From Ignavibacteriales bacterium (lineage in GTDB: Bacteria; Bacteroidota; Ignavibacteria; Ignavibacteriales; Ignavibacteriaceae): 38,552 nt of DNA. The stretch covers positions 1 through 38,552 of the forward strand of contig PLNZ01000273.1 of the NCBI GenBank assembly GCA_003142915.1, in the 5' to 3' direction. The notes under the pieces were generated by a model. It was not told the origin of the DNA. It was given only the letters and a program-made list of their open reading frames with translations, and did no database searches. Within the stretch, counting starts at the first letter, position 1; each line of letters starts with the position of its first letter. Below are positions 1 through 8,617 of this stretch, piece by piece. The translations under genes and the position numbers were made by a program.

Positions 1-258
1 AATATGCAAGATTTCAATAAATAATGGTCTAATATTTCCTTAAAAATAACCTTATTTGCTACATCTTGTGTTTTCGTAACAGGCTGGATAGGATCGGCGG
101 AACGATATTGGCTATGGTAAAACATACTGTAAGTTTACCCGAAGGACTGTGTGCGCAGTATTTAATAAATGATAATTGAAGGGACTTGTCTTTCATCATG
201 GTGCGTGCTGTATTTCTGAATCAGATGAAGGGAATAAAAAATTATTTTTTGAAATTAT

Positions 259-2175
259 TTAAATATTTACAGTCTCTTTGTATTCATACTTTTCTATATC
301 ATCTCTCTTAATATTATAGTGCTTAAGTAGTTTTAGTGTTTTTTTATTTTTAATTTCTGGATATGATTTTCTGAAGTCTTCATTTTCAATCATTGTTTTA
401 ACTTTTTTCAATTCAGAAGATTCTATATTTTTAAATGCTTCACGCCACTTATTTGTATAATCTAATTTTTCTTCACATATTTTGCGATAAATAATATATG
501 GTTCGGGCATATATAAGAGTTCTCTGAACTCTGTTAAGTTCTCTCCAAATGCTTTCTCAAAAAAACTTCTACCCTTACCATCATTGTTATTTGGAGGCAC
601 AACAATGCCTTTATTGACATTTAATATAGCTTGAATGGCTCCAAGAAATTTTTTGTTCCATTTTGGTCCAACATAGTCCCTTTTTTTTGCTTCTTCCCCA
701 TATATTGGAATATATTTCATCGGAAATGAATATATGTGTAAATCTAATTTTTCACATAAGTCGATGTTTATCTTTAATCGTTCATAAAGATCTTCTGGAG
801 AATCCTTGTAGTTGTAAAGTATGTAATTAGACAGTCTCTTAATGCCATATTGGGCTGATAATTCTATAGCTTTCACATATGGCGCTTTCATTTTGATATC
901 ATCAAAAGCAATTCTTAATGGATTAATAGGTATCTCACTCAGCAGTTTCATTTTTTCTTCAGTAACAAAATAACAATCTGTACCTTGATTAAAGTCAACA
1001 TATCTTGGCATAGGTTTTTTTGAACGCATACGTTCATATGTGTCTTTTATTTCAGGATAACATGAAATTAAATTTCCTTTCGTTGTTGTATCGCTGCTCA
1101 TCAAAGAATATTTATCTAATATATTATAGAAATTTTGAGCAGTTTTTCCTTTTAACCTAATAAGTATTTTATGAATGAGCTTGTAAGATTTTCTTATATA
1201 AGCCTTATCATTCAATCCTTTTTTTAGATTTTCTATTGAAATCTGCAACTGGTTAGGTTCAATATAAACAGCGCCTTCTTTAAAGCCCATTTTTTTTATT
1301 TCTTTAATGATATTATCAAATTTAGGTGAGGCAAAAACATTATTGTCCATTAGTATAAGGTTCTGTTGATCTCCATAAACCTTTTTAATATGATTAAATT
1401 TTACAAGCGCAGGTACTTTTTCTTTAAATATAGGTTCAATTTTAGGCACTGCGCAGAAACCACATTTATTCACGCATCCTCTTGTCATGTGTGTGTAATA
1501 GGCACTTGTATTTGAATACTCATAGTCTATCTCATCCATTATTGAATAATCCAATGGAAGATCGTCAATGATTAGGTTAACGCTTGGATCAAGAGTAAAT
1601 GGTTTATCGAGCAACCCTTTGAATGGTTTTATACCTGTTTCTTTTTCGATTTCCCTGGGAAGAAGTGACGCCATAATCCCGCCGACTTTTAATTCATTTA
1701 GATCCTTGACGAGATATTTAGAAAATTCGATTGTCTTGATAGTAATATTCCAATAAAAGGTGAATAGTGTTGTAACACAAACCCTATCCCATTTGGGTTC
1801 TTGCTTATATTTTCCTTGGATATAATATGATCTGTAGTATTCCAAACAATCTTTAATTAGTGGTCTGTTTTTTGATTGGACAATATAGTCCTTCTCCAGA
1901 AGAGTCTTCTTCCCGAAACATATACGATCAGTTATACTTTTTTTTTCTACAGACCAATTGATTGAATCATCAATTCTTTGAAGTTTTTCAATGCACTCAA
2001 TGGATATTTGATCAAGTATGAACTTTTTTAGATCTCCCTTATAGAAAGTCACATTATCACCTAACTTCCTATGGTAGGTTGCTATTTTCATTAACCCTAT
2101 CGGTGGATACTTATTATGGTAATTTGGTTCTAATAGGAGAACCTCTCTTTTTTTTTTATTCAAATTTTTCATCAA
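259..2175 (-). CDS. Radical SAM protein with N-terminal B12-binding-like domain (class B type)
   Basis: 638-aa ORF. CxxxCxxC cluster motif in HMTRGCVNKCGFCAV. N-terminus LLLEPNYHNKYPPIGLMKIATYHRKLGDNVTFYKGD resembles the Rossmann-like B12-binding domain of class B rSAMs. Start overlaps the stop of the upstream GHKL gene by 20 nt. Confidence 0.75.
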   Translation of the reverse strand: MMKNLNKKKREVLLLEPNYHNKYPPIGLMKIATYHRKLGDNVTFYKGDLKKFILDQISIECIEKLQRIDDSINWSVEKKSITDRICFGKKTLLEKDYIVQSKNRPLIKDCLEYYRSYYIQGKYKQEPKWDRVCVTTLFTFYWNITIKTIEFSKYLVKDLNELKVGGIMASLLPREIEKETGIKPFKGLLDKPFTLDPSVNLIIDDLPLDYSIMDEIDYEYSNTSAYYTHMTRGCVNKCGFCAVPKIEPIFKEKVPALVKFNHIKKVYGDQQNLILMDNNVFASPKFDNIIKEIKKMGFKEGAVYIEPNQLQISIENLKKGLNDKAYIRKSYKLIHKILIRLKGKTAQNFYNILDKYSLMSSDTTTKGNLISCYPEIKDTYERMRSKKPMPRYVDFNQGTDCYFVTEEKMKLLSEIPINPLRIAFDDIKMKAPYVKAIELSAQYGIKRLSNYILYNYKDSPEDLYERLKINIDLCEKLDLHIYSFPMKYIPIYGEEAKKRDYVGPKWNKKFLGAIQAILNVNKGIVVPPNNNDGKGRSFFEKAFGENLTEFRELLYMPEPYIIYRKICEEKLDYTNKWREAFKNIESSELKKVKTMIENEDFRKSYPEIKNKKTLKLLKHYNIKRDDIEKYEYKETVNI

Positions 2176-3694
2176 TCTTGCATTTAAGATTTTCAGCTAA
2201 TTCTTTATTTAAAACGTCATCAATAATTTGAAATATTTTAGATATCAGCTTTCTCTCATTTTTTGATAGTTTACTATACTTATCTGTTCTGAAAGTCATT
2301 TCACCAATCTTTTTTTTGGTTGATGTACTATCTGAAACTTCAAGCTCCTTTTCTACTATTCTAGAGAATATTTTTTTTATGGGGTCTTGCTCACTTTCAA
2401 ATTTAGCCTCCATTTTTTCAAGTAATTTTTTTCCGTCTTCAGCTTTTTTTCTCTTTTGTTCAACCTCATCTTCTAGTCTTTGTTTGTCTTCTTTACTTGT
2501 AATTCCCTTTTTCACCACTTCATCTATTTCTTTCTTCTTATTGCGAAAACTTATTATTGTATTTTGAGCGCTTCTTATTTTTGAAGCTGCATTAAATAGC
2601 GGTTTAAGTTCTGATTCAAATATTTTTTTTAATTCATCTTCAAATTGGAATAAACATTCATTTTCAACAAAATAATCTCTTCTGGAATTTGGAATAAGAT
2701 CTTGGTTAAACGCATGTATTTCACCAATAAAATAAAAATTGTTCTTTTTCTGTTTGTGCAATCTAGCAAGAGTATCTGCTGAGCCAATTTGAATATTATC
2801 TTTTCTTAATCTAAGCCCTCTCGCCAGATTTGCTTCGGGCAATGCTCCATTAAAGGTTGACAGTCCATACCATCCCCAACCCAATAATTCACTTTTATGA
2901 CTTTCTATTCTACAATTTTTAATATCGAAAATATTATCAATTCTTCTTTTATTATCATCATATATGCTGGTAGTGTATGCTTTATAAATCTGATCCGCAT
3001 TTACAAAGATTTTATATTCGTTAATATTTAGTCCATTTTCTTTCAGTTTGTTGGAAATAGCATCTTTAAAAAGGAATCTTGTATGGAATGGGGCAGGTGC
3101 AACCATTTCCAGATAATCAGTTATTGCCTTTTTATCAAATAAAGCATCATTACTGACTTGCTCTAATGTTACCTTGAAATAGTGTTTATCAATGTCTTCA
3201 GGTTCGATATCAAAAGCTGTTACTCTATCTATTACATGGGATGCTTCTTCTTTCTGTGTCCTGTCATTTATTATCTTTTTCAGTTCTTTTGCATCCCACA
3301 ACATAATTGATTTTGATTTTTCACCTTTAAAAGATGTCTCAAAAGTTAGCTGCTCACAATATCCTAGACCTCCAAGTCTACCTATACCCCTGAAACCTCG
3401 ATCAACTCCTCTCTTCTTTGTCGATTGTGCAATATTGCGTAAAATATCTGATGCCTCATTAGATTTTATTCCAGTGGCATCGTCTTCAATACTTATTTTT
3501 CGCTCATTTTTATTGATATTTATCCATACGTTTCCGCCTTGTGTCGTAGCTATAATTCCACTCTCGATTGCCTTGTCAATCTGGTCAACCGCATTTTGGA
3601 TGTACTCTCTGAAAATAAATTTTGAATCCTCATACATTCCTGATGTAAGTGATTCAATAACGTCTTTGCCTATTGTTGTTTTATTTTTATCCAT
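2156..3694 (-). CDS. GHKL-superfamily ATPase (Hsp90/MutL/MORC-like, HATPase_c_3 type) with K/E-rich coiled-coil C-terminus
   Basis: 512 aa. Bergerat-fold motifs: N-box EYIQNAVDQIDKA, G1 ISIEDDATGI, G2 RGFRGIGRLGGLGY. The C-terminal third is K/E-rich (EDKQRLEDEVEQKRKKAEDGKKLLEKMEAK). Overlaps the upstream HerA-like gene by 8 nt. Confidence 0.7.
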   Translation of the reverse strand: MDKNKTTIGKDVIESLTSGMYEDSKFIFREYIQNAVDQIDKAIESGIIATTQGGNVWININKNERKISIEDDATGIKSNEASDILRNIAQSTKKRGVDRGFRGIGRLGGLGYCEQLTFETSFKGEKSKSIMLWDAKELKKIINDRTQKEEASHVIDRVTAFDIEPEDIDKHYFKVTLEQVSNDALFDKKAITDYLEMVAPAPFHTRFLFKDAISNKLKENGLNINEYKIFVNADQIYKAYTTSIYDDNKRRIDNIFDIKNCRIESHKSELLGWGWYGLSTFNGALPEANLARGLRLRKDNIQIGSADTLARLHKQKKNNFYFIGEIHAFNQDLIPNSRRDYFVENECLFQFEDELKKIFESELKPLFNAASKIRSAQNTIISFRNKKKEIDEVVKKGITSKEDKQRLEDEVEQKRKKAEDGKKLLEKMEAKFESEQDPIKKIFSRIVEKELEVSDSTSTKKKIGEMTFRTDKYSKLSKNERKLISKIFQIIDDVLNKELAENLKCKIDEKFE

Positions 3695-5354
3695 TTTTAA
3701 ATTGCTTATAAACCGGGTTTGGGAATTTTATATTTAATAAAGACCTGAGAACGGGATTTTGAATAATATACTCACCCTGTGGCAAACGGGTCATCATTCC
3801 TTTATAAACAGTGGGCAGATACCTGTAATCATTTTTTGATACTTCAATTGCATTTGTTCTTCCATACGCATGAGTAGAGCAATTGCCTTTCACCCTGTCA
3901 TGAATTGCACTTTTAAATTGCTCAGCGGAAAATAAGATTAACCCTAATGATCGACCTCTCTCGGTAATTTCGATTATTTTTCTTAATATTGGGGAATTCT
4001 TAGGCACATCTCCTGAAGCATATTTATTTAATTCATCAACAAAAATAACAATCTTTGAAGGTATTTCATCTGGTTCTCTATCTCCAACCTGCCCTAATTT
4101 CATCTCATATATACTATTAACAACGTCACCAAAGACAAAGGCTTGCATATCTTCACCTAATTTTGCGATGTCAATGACATAAACATCATCCTTTTTTATT
4201 TTTTGAGTTATATGTTCTCTCAGTCTGGTTTCGTTCTTTTTTGGATCTACCCTTTTGGCAAAGATTGGATTGGTTAGTGATTTTTTAATTATCCGAAGGA
4301 ATTTTCGCCAACTTAGTACACTAATTGATTTGTCTTTCCCGGAGGCATTTTTTTCAGTGTAAGATTTAACTTCTTCTACAAAATCTCCCCAACTTCTAAT
4401 GCCTCCAAAATTAGCTTCTCCGTTAAGAATTAAATTGATAATCGAACTCATTGTTTCCTGAGGATCATCAATATTGGAAAAAAATAGTTCCATGCAATCT
4501 TTGTCTTCTTCATAGAGGTATTTGTATTTGAAAGCTTTTTCAGCATCTATTTGTGCCTCTACATCTTTCTTTTTTGCATAAGTATTTGTCGAATCATCCT
4601 TATCATATGGATAGAAATATGTTGCATTCTTAAAAGGTTGATCATCTAATTTAAGATTGCGGTACAGTTCCTTATCTTTTTCAGATAATTCATCATTCCG
4701 CTCATCGATGGCTAGTAAATCTCTGCCTTTAATGTTAAACAATACAAATGCAACACTTTCATTTTTGGGAATATCTCTTTGCAAATATCTCTGCTGGACC
4801 GCCTTAATCAAAAACATGCTATATGAGGTTTTGGCTGCTAAACCAGAAATGCCAGATATATTCAAGTGTGCTCCTTCAGGTCCTAATAAAAAATCGGAAT
4901 TAAGAAAAACCGGAAGTCTAATCTTATCTTTTGCTTCATACATCTCTATATATCCACATGCTAACGGATTCTTTACTTCATCGAGGCCTAACGCCTTTTG
5001 CACCTCTTTTTCATCACCTAAGCTGACTTCACTGCCATCTAGCACGGGAGTATATATATCTTTAGTGTTGCCTATAACTTTAGCTTTCACGAAATTTAGT
5101 CCAACTCTTTGTGTATTAGTTTTATATGATACATCACCAAAATCGCTTGAAATGTAGCTTGCTAAATAGCTTGGAGCATCGGTTATATGTGAAATTTCTT
5201 CAACTACTCCGAAAGTGTAAGAATCTTGTATGTGTTTTGCTTTTATAACATCAAAAGGATTTAGAATTTTTTCTTTGTCAGTCCAAAAATAGAATTCATC
5301 AATTGTAGTCGGAATTTTTTCAGTCGCAGCAACTCTACCTATTAATTTAGCCAT
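3687..5354 (-). CDS. HerA/FtsK-like (DUF87-type) P-loop ATPase
   Basis: N-terminal barrel-like segment KLIGRVAATEKIPTTIDEFYFW. Deviant Walker A GISGLAAKTS, Walker B KIVIFVDELNKYA, then LILFSAEQFKSAIHDRV as in HerA-type ATPases. ATG at 5354 with AGGAGA 7 nt upstream is preferred over the TTG at 5381 used in the ORF track. Confidence 0.7.
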   Translation of the reverse strand: MAKLIGRVAATEKIPTTIDEFYFWTDKEKILNPFDVIKAKHIQDSYTFGVVEEISHITDAPSYLASYISSDFGDVSYKTNTQRVGLNFVKAKVIGNTKDIYTPVLDGSEVSLGDEKEVQKALGLDEVKNPLACGYIEMYEAKDKIRLPVFLNSDFLLGPEGAHLNISGISGLAAKTSYSMFLIKAVQQRYLQRDIPKNESVAFVLFNIKGRDLLAIDERNDELSEKDKELYRNLKLDDQPFKNATYFYPYDKDDSTNTYAKKKDVEAQIDAEKAFKYKYLYEEDKDCMELFFSNIDDPQETMSSIINLILNGEANFGGIRSWGDFVEEVKSYTEKNASGKDKSISVLSWRKFLRIIKKSLTNPIFAKRVDPKKNETRLREHITQKIKKDDVYVIDIAKLGEDMQAFVFGDVVNSIYEMKLGQVGDREPDEIPSKIVIFVDELNKYASGDVPKNSPILRKIIEITERGRSLGLILFSAEQFKSAIHDRVKGNCSTHAYGRTNAIEVSKNDYRYLPTVYKGMMTRLPQGEYIIQNPVLRSLLNIKFPNPVYKQFKNG

Positions 5355-5381
5355 GATTCTTCTCCTAACAATTTGATACAA

Positions 5382-6542
5382 CTAAAACAGGTTAAGGAAT
5401 TGTACTTCACTAATGTAATTACTTTTAATATATTTCTCAGTGAGATAAACGGGATATAGGTGATTTGCCCACCTAGTATCTAATCCATAACATGTTGGAT
5501 TACGTTCATTAACGAGATTAGCGCTTATAAGATCGATCTCATCTGAATCTAACCCTTTTTCTTGTTCCTCATCTGAAACAAGAATCTTTTCAACCTTTAC
5601 AACGCCGTCAAAAAGGCCAACCGTCCTTTCAGTTGATCTGATTCGCAGATACCAAATACAAAATTCAACACCAGGAGCTCTTTCATTTGTATACCTGAAT
5701 GCCTGCGTTCTATGAAATAAAGGTAGTTCAGCAATTCTTTTTGCCAAAGTCTTATGGCGTTTATCTTTAAAAAGTTCAGGGTTAAAAGTTTTTGAGACAC
5801 CAACTACACATCTATAATTACTTTTGATTGCTGAGAGGTCTCTGTAATCGTCAGTTCCTATTTTTTTATATTCTATTGATCCATCTTTAATCAGATATGA
5901 TTCATTATTGAGCTTTTTTTCTTTAACAAGTTGTACCACCATTCTTTTTTCAGCTTCAACCATTTCATCTTGTATTTTAGCTATCCCTTTATTTTCATAT
6001 TTTTCTCCCTCTTTTAACTCTACATCTGGATAGCTCAGCACTTTCTGAAATGACATCCCTCTTTTTTTAATAACACTAAGATTATTTATCTTGTCTGCAA
6101 GTGAATTAAAAAATAGAGTTTTCTTATCGTCTTTATCAGCACAATCAGGCAAGACTAATACGATTTGCTTTTCAAGAAGGGATGATTTGAATATATCTGG
6201 TTGGGATCGTTTACAACAACCCACTAGAATCTGCCCAGCAATTATGGGATATATACGTTCACCATAAGAAATATCATCTACTTTGTAAGTCCTTCTGGTG
6301 CCATCCAGAAAATATCTAAAGAGAGGTTTATTATCTCGCATAATTTTATTAGCTAAGTCTTCTACTGATTTGCTTGTTCTTATGGTTTTATCTGTTTCAC
6401 ATATTTTATCTGGGCTCATGATGATAACTCTATTATCGTCATAAACAACAGTTGGGACTTCTACACCTTCGAAAGAATACCTGAAGGACTTATAATATGT
6501 TCCACCAGTATTTTCCGCTATAAAACGTAGGATCTCATTCAT
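5382..6542 (-). CDS. NurA-like nuclease (putative, RNase H-like fold)
   Basis: 386 aa, first gene of the operon, abutting the HerA-like gene. Acidic motifs FLDGTRR, IQDEMVEAE, YLIKDGSIEY, GVSKT and C-terminal HLYPVYLTE resemble NurA motifs. The call rests on weak motif recall plus the classic NurA-HerA pairing. Confidence 0.45.
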   Translation of the reverse strand: MNEILRFIAENTGGTYYKSFRYSFEGVEVPTVVYDDNRVIIMSPDKICETDKTIRTSKSVEDLANKIMRDNKPLFRYFLDGTRRTYKVDDISYGERIYPIIAGQILVGCCKRSQPDIFKSSLLEKQIVLVLPDCADKDDKKTLFFNSLADKINNLSVIKKRGMSFQKVLSYPDVELKEGEKYENKGIAKIQDEMVEAEKRMVVQLVKEKKLNNESYLIKDGSIEYKKIGTDDYRDLSAIKSNYRCVVGVSKTFNPELFKDKRHKTLAKRIAELPLFHRTQAFRYTNERAPGVEFCIWYLRIRSTERTVGLFDGVVKVEKILVSDEEQEKGLDSDEIDLISANLVNERNPTCYGLDTRWANHLYPVYLTEKYIKSNYISEVQFLNLF

Positions 6543-6602
6543 TCAAAATAATCCTTCTTTTTTCTGAGAACTCAAGGAACATTAATAATATAAATGTGAT
6601 AA

Positions 6603-6632
6603 TATATACTTCTTAAAATAATTTGAAGTCAA
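6603..6632 (-). promoter_or_regulatory. Candidate sigma70-type promoter of the NurA/HerA/GHKL/rSAM operon
   Basis: On the minus strand: TTGACT, 18-nt spacer, TATATA. It lies about 60 nt upstream of the 6542 start, which has an AGAAGGA Shine-Dalgarno. Confidence 0.3.
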
Positions 6633-6756
6633 GTATTAAAACATTATAGAATCTATCTTATTATTTCACAGTAGATATCATATACAAATAGTGATAAATA
6701 AAAAAAGAGAGCATCTTAACAATTCAACACGGCTCTAAAAATCATGGATAACCATT

Positions 6757-7335
6757 ATGAACAACGACAATTATTTTTACAATTGTTCCAAGGAGTCCAT
6801 AGATTTTATCAATCCTAATCTTTATGACGAAATTATAAAAGTCATTTCATACTTACCTAAAAGACAGATTCAAACAGAAATAAATAATGACTTGTTTTGG
6901 TTACTGACATCCAGAGGATGGTCGTTTGATACTATAGGTGGAACATCAGATTTTCCACCGGAAGGAATCAATGTTAGAAATGTGACTATGTCAGAAACAA
7001 AGAATAACAATAATCGTTTCCTTTGTATTACATCAACAACATTAGATGCCTCTTGGCATTGTGATTTTGCAAGGGTATATGACTCTCAACTAGTTCAGAT
7101 TGAAGCTCAGTTTGGTAAGGTTGAATCCATGTTCAAAGACTTCTGTGGGTTCAGAATAGCAAGATACGAGAAAAGATTATCATTAGGAATAGAAATAGTT
7201 TTATCTGAACCATATGATTACTTCACACATAGAAAAAATGCTATAGGCGGAATGGCATACTTCAATATAGCAAAAAATACTTTGCCAGCAATTGGATTGA
7301 AATGTCCAATTTGGTTAATTGGGATAAAAGAATAA
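6757..7335 (+). CDS. BglII/BstYI-family type II restriction endonuclease-fold protein
   Basis: 192 aa. INPNLYDEIIKVISYLP resembles the BglII N-terminus (LNPQLWKEIEETLLKMP, as I recall it). CDFARVYDSQLVQIEAQFGK resembles the BglII catalytic D...E-x-Q segment (IDFGKRDTLVEVQF). Divergently transcribed from the four-gene operon. No methyltransferase is present in the window. Confidence 0.6.
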   Translation: MNNDNYFYNCSKESIDFINPNLYDEIIKVISYLPKRQIQTEINNDLFWLLTSRGWSFDTIGGTSDFPPEGINVRNVTMSETKNNNNRFLCITSTTLDASWHCDFARVYDSQLVQIEAQFGKVESMFKDFCGFRIARYEKRLSLGIEIVLSEPYDYFTHRKNAIGGMAYFNIAKNTLPAIGLKCPIWLIGIKE

Positions 7336-7499
7336 TATGCTGGGCATTATATGCCCGCGAACCATCCAAGCCAAAAGCCGATAAATAACCCAATACAAAT
7401 TCCAAATTTAAGATTAAAATCTCTCAGCGCTTTCAGAGCTTTTAAATTGTCTTTTATTTTTGTAATTCTTATATCTTCTCACATATCACAAAAAGTCAG

Positions 7500-7531
7500 A
7501 TGTCACAAAACTCCTCCAAACTCGCTATAAT
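7500..7531 (+). promoter_or_regulatory. Conserved module box: ATGTCACAAAA(n)AAACTCGCTATAAT (copy 0)
   Basis: Near-identical sequence recurs at 14886, 16354, 17465 and 18815. Contains a perfect TATAAT. The upstream TGTCAC is 19 nt away, which is non-canonical for a -35, so the box may also be a protein-binding or recombination site. Confidence 0.5.
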
Positions 7532-7565
7532 GAAAATACAGGTGAGGAAAGCAAGCTCGCCAGTC

Positions 7566-7593
7566 TTGACGAATCCCGCCTATCCTCTATAAT
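7566..7593 (+). promoter_or_regulatory. Candidate sigma70 promoter TTGACG-N16-TATAAT
   Basis: Near-consensus hexamers read directly. Followed by an untranslated stretch of about 300 nt before the 7895 ATG. Confidence 0.4.
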
Positions 7594-7894
7594 TCCAAGT
7601 TTCATTCTGCACCTTATCAAACCCATACATCTTACCCTTTGCGGCTTTACCGCCCCAAAGTGGCTTTATATGCCCTATAAGAAGCCTACGGTAATAAAAA
7701 AATCAAAACTGACATGGTTATAAAAATCTCGTCGGGAAGGACTTTTCTTTATTGCCTTTAGAATTCTTAGCATAACGACAAGCCAGTGGTAATAAAAAAA
7801 CGTACTTCACCAGTATAACTTACGCGGAGCATCTTTTTCTTGTTATCAACGGCTTTTTTTGTTCTCAATTTTTCTAATTCTTCACTCAAAATAT

Positions 7895-8191
7895 ATGAAC
7901 ATCCACAAACGCTTTCCCGTGGAGGAAATTTCTTTGGATGAACTGCGGGAGAAGGAGAATGACGAAGACGAGTCCACTTTATTCGAATATAAGTTGGGAC
8001 TCTATTGCGAGATGGATACCGATTATATTGGTATCAAGGCCGATCTCTCGCGACTCTTCAAACAAGGCTTTTTTGCCACGAATGAGAAAAGGGCGATAGT
8101 CAAAAAGCTGACCGAATGCCAGTTAACCCCCACCGAAAGGAAAGCCTTTCAGCGCGCCTTGGTTAAATTAAGAAATTTTTACCTAAACTGA
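7895..8191 (+). CDS. Hypothetical protein (possible HTH/sigma region-4-like C-terminus)
   Basis: ORF 7859-8191 with first ATG at 7895. C-terminus TPTERKAFQRALVKLRNFY loosely resembles a sigma70 region 4 ending. Its stop overlaps the next start (TGATG), implying translational coupling. Confidence 0.45.
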   Translation: MNIHKRFPVEEISLDELREKENDEDESTLFEYKLGLYCEMDTDYIGIKADLSRLFKQGFFATNEKRAIVKKLTECQLTPTERKAFQRALVKLRNFYLN

Positions 8192-8403
8192 TGCTTACTC
8201 TCGAACAAATGAAAAAACTGCTGGACGATCCGTCTATTCCCGACGAGCAGGTTTTGGAAATCCGCGACCAGCTTTATGCCTTGGCTGAAATCATTTATGA
8301 GAAATGGCAGCAGGACAAAGCGGCTGGGAAACTGCCGGGCAAAAACCCCCCGGAACTGGAAGATTGGTACAGTAGAAAAGACAGTATTACCGGCGGTAAC
8401 TGA
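8191..8403 (+). CDS. MLTLEQ-family small protein (divergent copy within the full element)
   Basis: 70 aa. MLTLEQMKKLLDDPSIPDEQVLEIRDQLYALAEIIYEKWQ aligns with the four downstream paralogs. Confidence 0.7.
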   Translation: MLTLEQMKKLLDDPSIPDEQVLEIRDQLYALAEIIYEKWQQDKAAGKLPGKNPPELEDWYSRKDSITGGN

Positions 8404-8485
8404 GGCTACTGCCGCTTAACCATTGTTGTTTTCCCGCACGGCACTTTTAACCAGTTAAAATGGCGTCCTATCCGTGTTTTATGTT

Positions 8486-8604
8486 GGGGCAAAGGGAGTC
8501 TGGGGCTTGTAAGCAGAGCATTACAAATCCCCAGCAAATAGCTTCGGACGCTCCGACAACACGAACCTATTTGCTGGGGCTTCCGCCCACAGACCCCTTG
8601 CCCC
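8486..8604. repeat. Imperfect palindrome, about 120 bp (candidate ori/oriT or structured leader)
   Basis: Perfect 13-bp arms CCCCAGCAAATAG (8529-8541) and CTATTTGCTGGGG (8567-8579). Outer arms GGGGCAAAGGGAGTCTGGGG (8486-8505) and CCCACAGACCCCTTGCCCC (8586-8604). Small CGGA-CGC-TCCG hairpin at the centre. Confidence 0.6.
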
Positions 8605-8617
8605 GTCTTCTTAAATT

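Noticed and set aside
3192-5157. Plus-strand ORFs 3192-3737 and 4657-5157 (also 1568-1756 and 2316-2567) inside the minus-strand operon
   Set aside because: They lie antisense to long motif-bearing genes. Their products are Ser/Phe/Leu-rich and low in complexity, as is typical of shadow ORFs. They have no SD.
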